A stretch of DNA of 47,396 nucleotides from Deltaproteobacteria bacterium (lineage in GTDB: Bacteria; Myxococcota_A; Bradymonadia; REDH01): positions 1 through 47,396 of the forward strand of contig JABMMX010000211.1 of NCBI GenBank assembly GCA_013205435.1, in the 5' to 3' direction. Below are positions 44,273 to 47,396 of the stretch, piece after piece. The notes under the pieces were generated by a model. That model saw only the letters and a program-made list of their open reading frames with translations. It had not been told where the DNA came from and did not search any database. Numbering within the stretch: position 1 is the first letter of the stretch; each line of letters begins with the position of its first letter. Position numbers and translations under genes: made by a program.

Positions 44273-44763
44273 TCACGCTGATGACGCGACGGGGGAAGAC
44301 AGGGTTGGCTGCAGCGGATCTGGCCTGGTTTCGTCGCAAAATGGAGGCGCTGCCTGCCTGCAGTTCGCAGCCGGAAAACATTGAAGCGACGATTCTTCTG
44401 ACGGACGACGAAGAGATTCGGCAGCTCAACCGCGACTTCCGCGGCTACGACAAGCCGACGGATGTGCTCTCCTTCGCGATGCAGGAGTCGGAAGATGCAG
44501 CGGTCACGCCCGACCTGCTCGGCGACGTGGCGGTCTCTGTGGAGACGGCGCGCCGCATGGTGGGCAGCGGCGAACATCGGGCACGGGTCTGCGAGGAGTT
44601 GGGGCTTGAGACGCCATGGGGCGAGCGAGAAGAGGTGCTCTTCCTGATCGTGCACGGATATCTCCATCTGCTGGGTTACGACCATGCGACGAAGCGCGAG
44701 GAGCGGGAGATGAAGGCGGCCGAGCGCAAGGTGTTTTTTCGGCTGATGGGGTGGAAGTCGTAG
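44269..44763 (+). CDS. ybeY: rRNA maturation endoribonuclease YbeY
   Basis: DKPTDVLSFAM, GDVAVSV, and the zinc motif HGYLHLLGYDH. The start overlaps the phoH stop (ATGA). Confidence 0.9.
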   Translation: MITLMTRRGKTGLAAADLAWFRRKMEALPACSSQPENIEATILLTDDEEIRQLNRDFRGYDKPTDVLSFAMQESEDAAVTPDLLGDVAVSVETARRMVGSGEHRARVCEELGLETPWGEREEVLFLIVHGYLHLLGYDHATKREEREMKAAERKVFFRLMGWKS

Positions 44764-45061
44764 GGCTCCGATCTGCCGATCTTTTCTTGGCGACGAGGGC
44801 TCAGTGGCGGGCAGAGGTAGGCGGGGGGCGGCGAGTTGTCGAAGGTGGCGAATGGACGGGAGATTCACCGATTTTCAACCTTCGATAAAACCCGAAGCGA
44901 GGTGGCACGGCATCTGCAAACGCACCTTGAATCGGCGTGTAAGTCCCTGAAAATTGGTGCGCCGAGAATCGTACCGGCGGCGGTGACGGGGAGATGCGTT
45001 TGCGTTGACAACCCAACTCCGCGGGTGGCAAGAACGGGGTCCCTCCCTCGACAACGAATGT

Positions 45062-45103
45062 CCACATCTTGTGGTCACGAGCACGGCACCCCACATGATG
45101 TTG
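45062..45103 (+). promoter_or_regulatory. Tandem NrdR-box-like palindromes upstream of nrdJ
   Basis: CCACA-TCT-TGTGG (45062-45074, perfect 5+5 palindrome) and CCACA-TGA-TGTTG (45091-45103, one arm mismatch) start 29 bp apart. They lie ~230-270 nt upstream of the nrdJ ATG. They resemble the ACAC..GTGT core of NrdR boxes, which normally occur in pairs. Confidence 0.4.
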
Positions 45104-45331
45104 CGTCAGCCCCGCCAAAAATTTGCTCCCCGATCGACGGCACTCCAAAGTGCAATGCGTCGCGAGCTTGGTGGCCGTCTGAACCGACCGCCGCTGCCTT
45201 CGAGGGCTGCCTAACCGCACACCGGGTCGACCGTTGCGCGCAACGCAGGCCCCGACCTGCGCGAAAACCTGTCTCTTCTGCATTCATCTCTTCGATTCAA
45301 ACCGCCCGCATCATCTCCTCGAAGGTCATTC

Positions 45332-47396
45332 ATGAAGTTCACGCGCCTCTTCACCACCGCCGGCACCGACCCCTACGCAAAGCTCTCGTTTACGGAGCGC
45401 ACGAGCGAGATCCGCAACCCCGACGGCACGGTCGTCTTCAAAGCCGAGAAAGTGGGTGTCCCGGAGGGCTGGACGCAGACTGCAACCGACATCCTAGCGC
45501 AGAAGTACTTCCGCAAGGCGGGCGTTCCTAGGCAGCTGAAGCGGGTTGCTGAGGCGGGTGTTCCGGAGTGGCTGCAGCCAATGGAAGCAGACGAGGAGGC
45601 TCTGGCAGGTCTGGATCTCAAGTCGCGGACGACCGGCGAGACCGATGCCCGCCAGGTCTTCGATCGCATGGCTGGCTGCTGGGTCTACTGGGGCTTCAAG
45701 CACAACTACTTCTCGAGCGAGGAGGACGCGCGGACCTTCTTTGACGAGATGCGCTACATGCTCGCAGCGCAGATCGCGGCGCCCAACTCGCCGCAGTGGT
45801 TCAACACGGGCCTTCACTGGGCCTACGGCGTCAACGGACCGTCGCAGGGTCACTACTATGTAGACCCTGTTTCCGGTGTGCTGACTGCCTCCGTCGACGC
45901 CTACACCCACCCGCAGCCGCACGCCTGCTTCATCCAGAGCGTCAATGACGACCTGGTGAACGAGAACGGCATCATGGACCTGTGGACCCGCGAGGCACGC
46001 CTCTTCAAGTATGGTAGCGGTACAGGCACCAACTTCTCGATGATCCGCGGCGAAGACGAGCGCCTGTCGGGCGGTGGCCGTTCGAGCGGCCTGATGAGCT
46101 TCCTGGCCATCGGCGACCGTGCTGCCGGAGCCATCAAGTCGGGCGGCACGACCCGCCGGGCAGCCAAGATGGTCTGCCTCGATCTCGACCACCCCGACGT
46201 CGAGGCCTTCGTCGACTGGAAGGTGACGGAGGAGCAGAAGGTTGCCGCGCTCATGGCCGGCTCCAAGTCGATCAAGAAGGCGCTGCTTCGGGTGTTCGAC
46301 GCCTGCGCTGCCGTGCCCGACGCCGCGATCAAGTTCGACCCGAAGAAGAACGGCCAGCTCGCCACCGCACTCCGCGCAGCCATCGAGGGTGGCACGCCGT
46401 CGAACCTCATTGCCCGCGTGCTCCAGCTCGCGAAGCAGGGCTTCACGAAGATGGACTTCGAGACCTACGACACCGATTGGAACGGTGAAGGCTACCGCAC
46501 CGTTGGCGGTCAGAACTCGAACAACTCGGTGCGGGTGCCCAACCGGTTCTTCAAGGCCATCGACGAGCCCGGCTCCAGCTGGCCGCTCATTCGCCGCACC
46601 GACGGCAAGGTCCAGCGCGAGCTCGACCCCCGCGAGCTCTGGGACCGCATCGCCTACTCCGCTTGGGCCTGCGCCGACCCCGGCCTGCAGTACGACACGA
46701 CCATCAACGAGTGGCACACCTGCCCCACCGATGGCCCGATTCGTGCGAGCAACCCCTGCTCAGAATACATGTTCCTCGACGATACGGCCTGCAACCTTGC
46801 GAGCATCAACCTCGCCAAGCTGCACACGCCCACCGGCTTCGACATCGACGCCTACCGCCACGCCATCCGCCTCTGGACGGTCGTGCTCGAAGTGAGCGTT
46901 CTCATGGCGCAGTACCCGAGCCGGCGCATCGCAGAAAACTCCTACGAGTTCCGTACGCTCGGACTGGGCTACGCCAACATTGGCACCCTGCTGATGATCA
47001 ACGGCATCCCCTACGACAGCGAGCGGGCCTGCGCCTGGACCGGCGCCCTTACCGCCATCCTCACCGGCGAATCCTACGCGGCCTCCGCCGAGATGGCCTC
47101 CGAGCTGGGCCCCTTCGCAGGCTACGTGCGGAACGCCGAGCCCATGCTCCGCGTCATCCGCAACCACCGCCGCGCTGCCTACTCCGCAGCTCCGAGCGAG
47201 TATGAGGGGCTCACCATCAAGCCCATGGGCATCGATGCCCGCCTCTGCCCCGCCCCCCTGCTCGAGGCGGCCCGCACCGCCTGGGACCGCGCCCTCGAGG
47301 CCGGTCAGGCACATGGCTACCGCAACGCCCAAGTCTCAGTCATTGCCCCGACCGGCACCATCGGTCTCGTCATGGACTGCGACACCACCGGCATCG
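45332..47396 (+). CDS. nrdJ: Vitamin B12-dependent (class II) ribonucleotide reductase, 3'-truncated by the window edge
   Basis: This ORF is absent from the ORF track because it has no stop in the window; I translated it by hand from the ATG at 45332. Sequence: MKFTRLFTTAGTDPYAKLSFTERTSEIRNPDGTVVFKAEKVGVPEGWTQTATDILAQKYFRKAGVP..., APNSPQWFNTGLHWAYG, FIQSVNDDL, KYGSGTGTNFSMIRG, SGGGRSSGLMSFL and GGTTRRAAKMVCLDLDHPD. All are typical NrdJ motifs. Confidence 0.9.
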   Translation, partial: MKFTRLFTTAGTDPYAKLSFTERTSEIRNPDGTVVFKAEKVGVPEGWTQTATDILAQKYFRKAGVPRQLKRVAEAGVPEWLQPMEADEEALAGLDLKSRTTGETDARQVFDRMAGCWVYWGFKHNYFSSEEDARTFFDEMRYMLAAQIAAPNSPQWFNTGLHWAYGVNGPSQGHYYVDPVSGVLTASVDAYTHPQPHACFIQSVNDDLVNENGIMDLWTREARLFKYGSGTGTNFSMIRGEDERLSGGGRSSGLMSFLAIGDRAAGAIKSGGTTRRAAKMVCLDLDHPDVEAFVDWKVTEEQKVAALMAGSKSIKKALLRVFDACAAVPDAAIKFDPKKNGQLATALRAAIEGGTPSNLIARVLQLAKQGFTKMDFETYDTDWNGEGYRTVGGQNSNNSVRVPNRFFKAIDEPGSSWPLIRRTDGKVQRELDPRELWDRIAYSAWACADPGLQYDTTINEWHTCPTDGPIRASNPCSEYMFLDDTACNLASINLAKLHTPTGFDIDAYRHAIRLWTVVLEVSVLMAQYPSRRIAENSYEFRTLGLGYANIGTLLMINGIPYDSERACAWTGALTAILTGESYAASAEMASELGPFAGYVRNAEPMLRVIRNHRRAAYSAAPSEYEGLTIKPMGIDARLCPAPLLEAARTAWDRALEAGQAHGYRNAQVSVIAPTGTIGLVMDCDTTGI

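Noticed and set aside
44764-45331. A cobalamin riboswitch or other known structured RNA (RNase P, tmRNA, SRP, 6S) in the nrdJ leader.
   Set aside because: I found only a loose resemblance (…TGAAAATTGGTGCGCCGAGAATCG…) to the GGGAA…GGTG…AATCC core. There is no B12 box (GCCACTG-type) and none of the signature motifs of the other RNAs. B12 riboswitches also normally control B12-independent RNRs, not nrdJ. A covariance-model scan is needed to settle this.
44836-45531. A 231-aa plus-strand ORF spanning the nrdJ leader and start.
   Set aside because: Its Arg/Pro/Cys-rich composition looks like junk. It is out of frame with the unmistakable NrdJ N-terminus starting at 45332, and the region has poor GC3.

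Overview
This is a high-GC (about two-thirds G+C by eye) bacterial chromosomal segment with about 36 protein-coding genes. I recognised no rRNA, tRNA, CRISPR array, transposase or integrase. The gene content suggests a Myxococcota-like lineage, but this is inference only: three PEGA-domain proteins, a Ser/Thr-kinase-fold protein, a TIGR02757-like protein, and many lipoproteins with acidic Asp/Thr/Gly/Ser linkers.

Housekeeping genes I recognise with confidence are pfkA, sppA, methylmalonyl-CoA epimerase, lysC, murC, mazG, phoH, ybeY and a 3'-truncated class II ribonucleotide reductase (nrdJ). A GAF-GGDEF cyclase gene runs off the 5' edge of the window.

The most interesting region is 12.7-25.3 kb. 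A tightly packed seven-gene minus-strand operon encodes:
- two OB-fold-like lipoproteins
- an outer-membrane beta-barrel
- a lamin-tail-domain (LTD) lipoprotein
- a catalytically degenerate PLD paralogue
- an intact double-HKD PLD fused to an LTD
- an e(P4)-type acid phosphatase/5'-nucleotidase

A divergent EEP-family nuclease and a beta-propeller/phosphoesterase fusion flank this operon. Just upstream sit a WYL-domain regulator and, divergent from it, a kinase-fold protein that lacks every catalytic residue. I interpret the whole as a candidate cell-surface extracellular nucleic-acid capture, degradation and phosphate/nucleoside-scavenging system. It resembles a disassembled ExeM/NucH nuclease. 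This is a hypothesis from domain vocabulary and gene order, not a demonstrated function.

All family calls come from motif recognition by eye. No database search was run.
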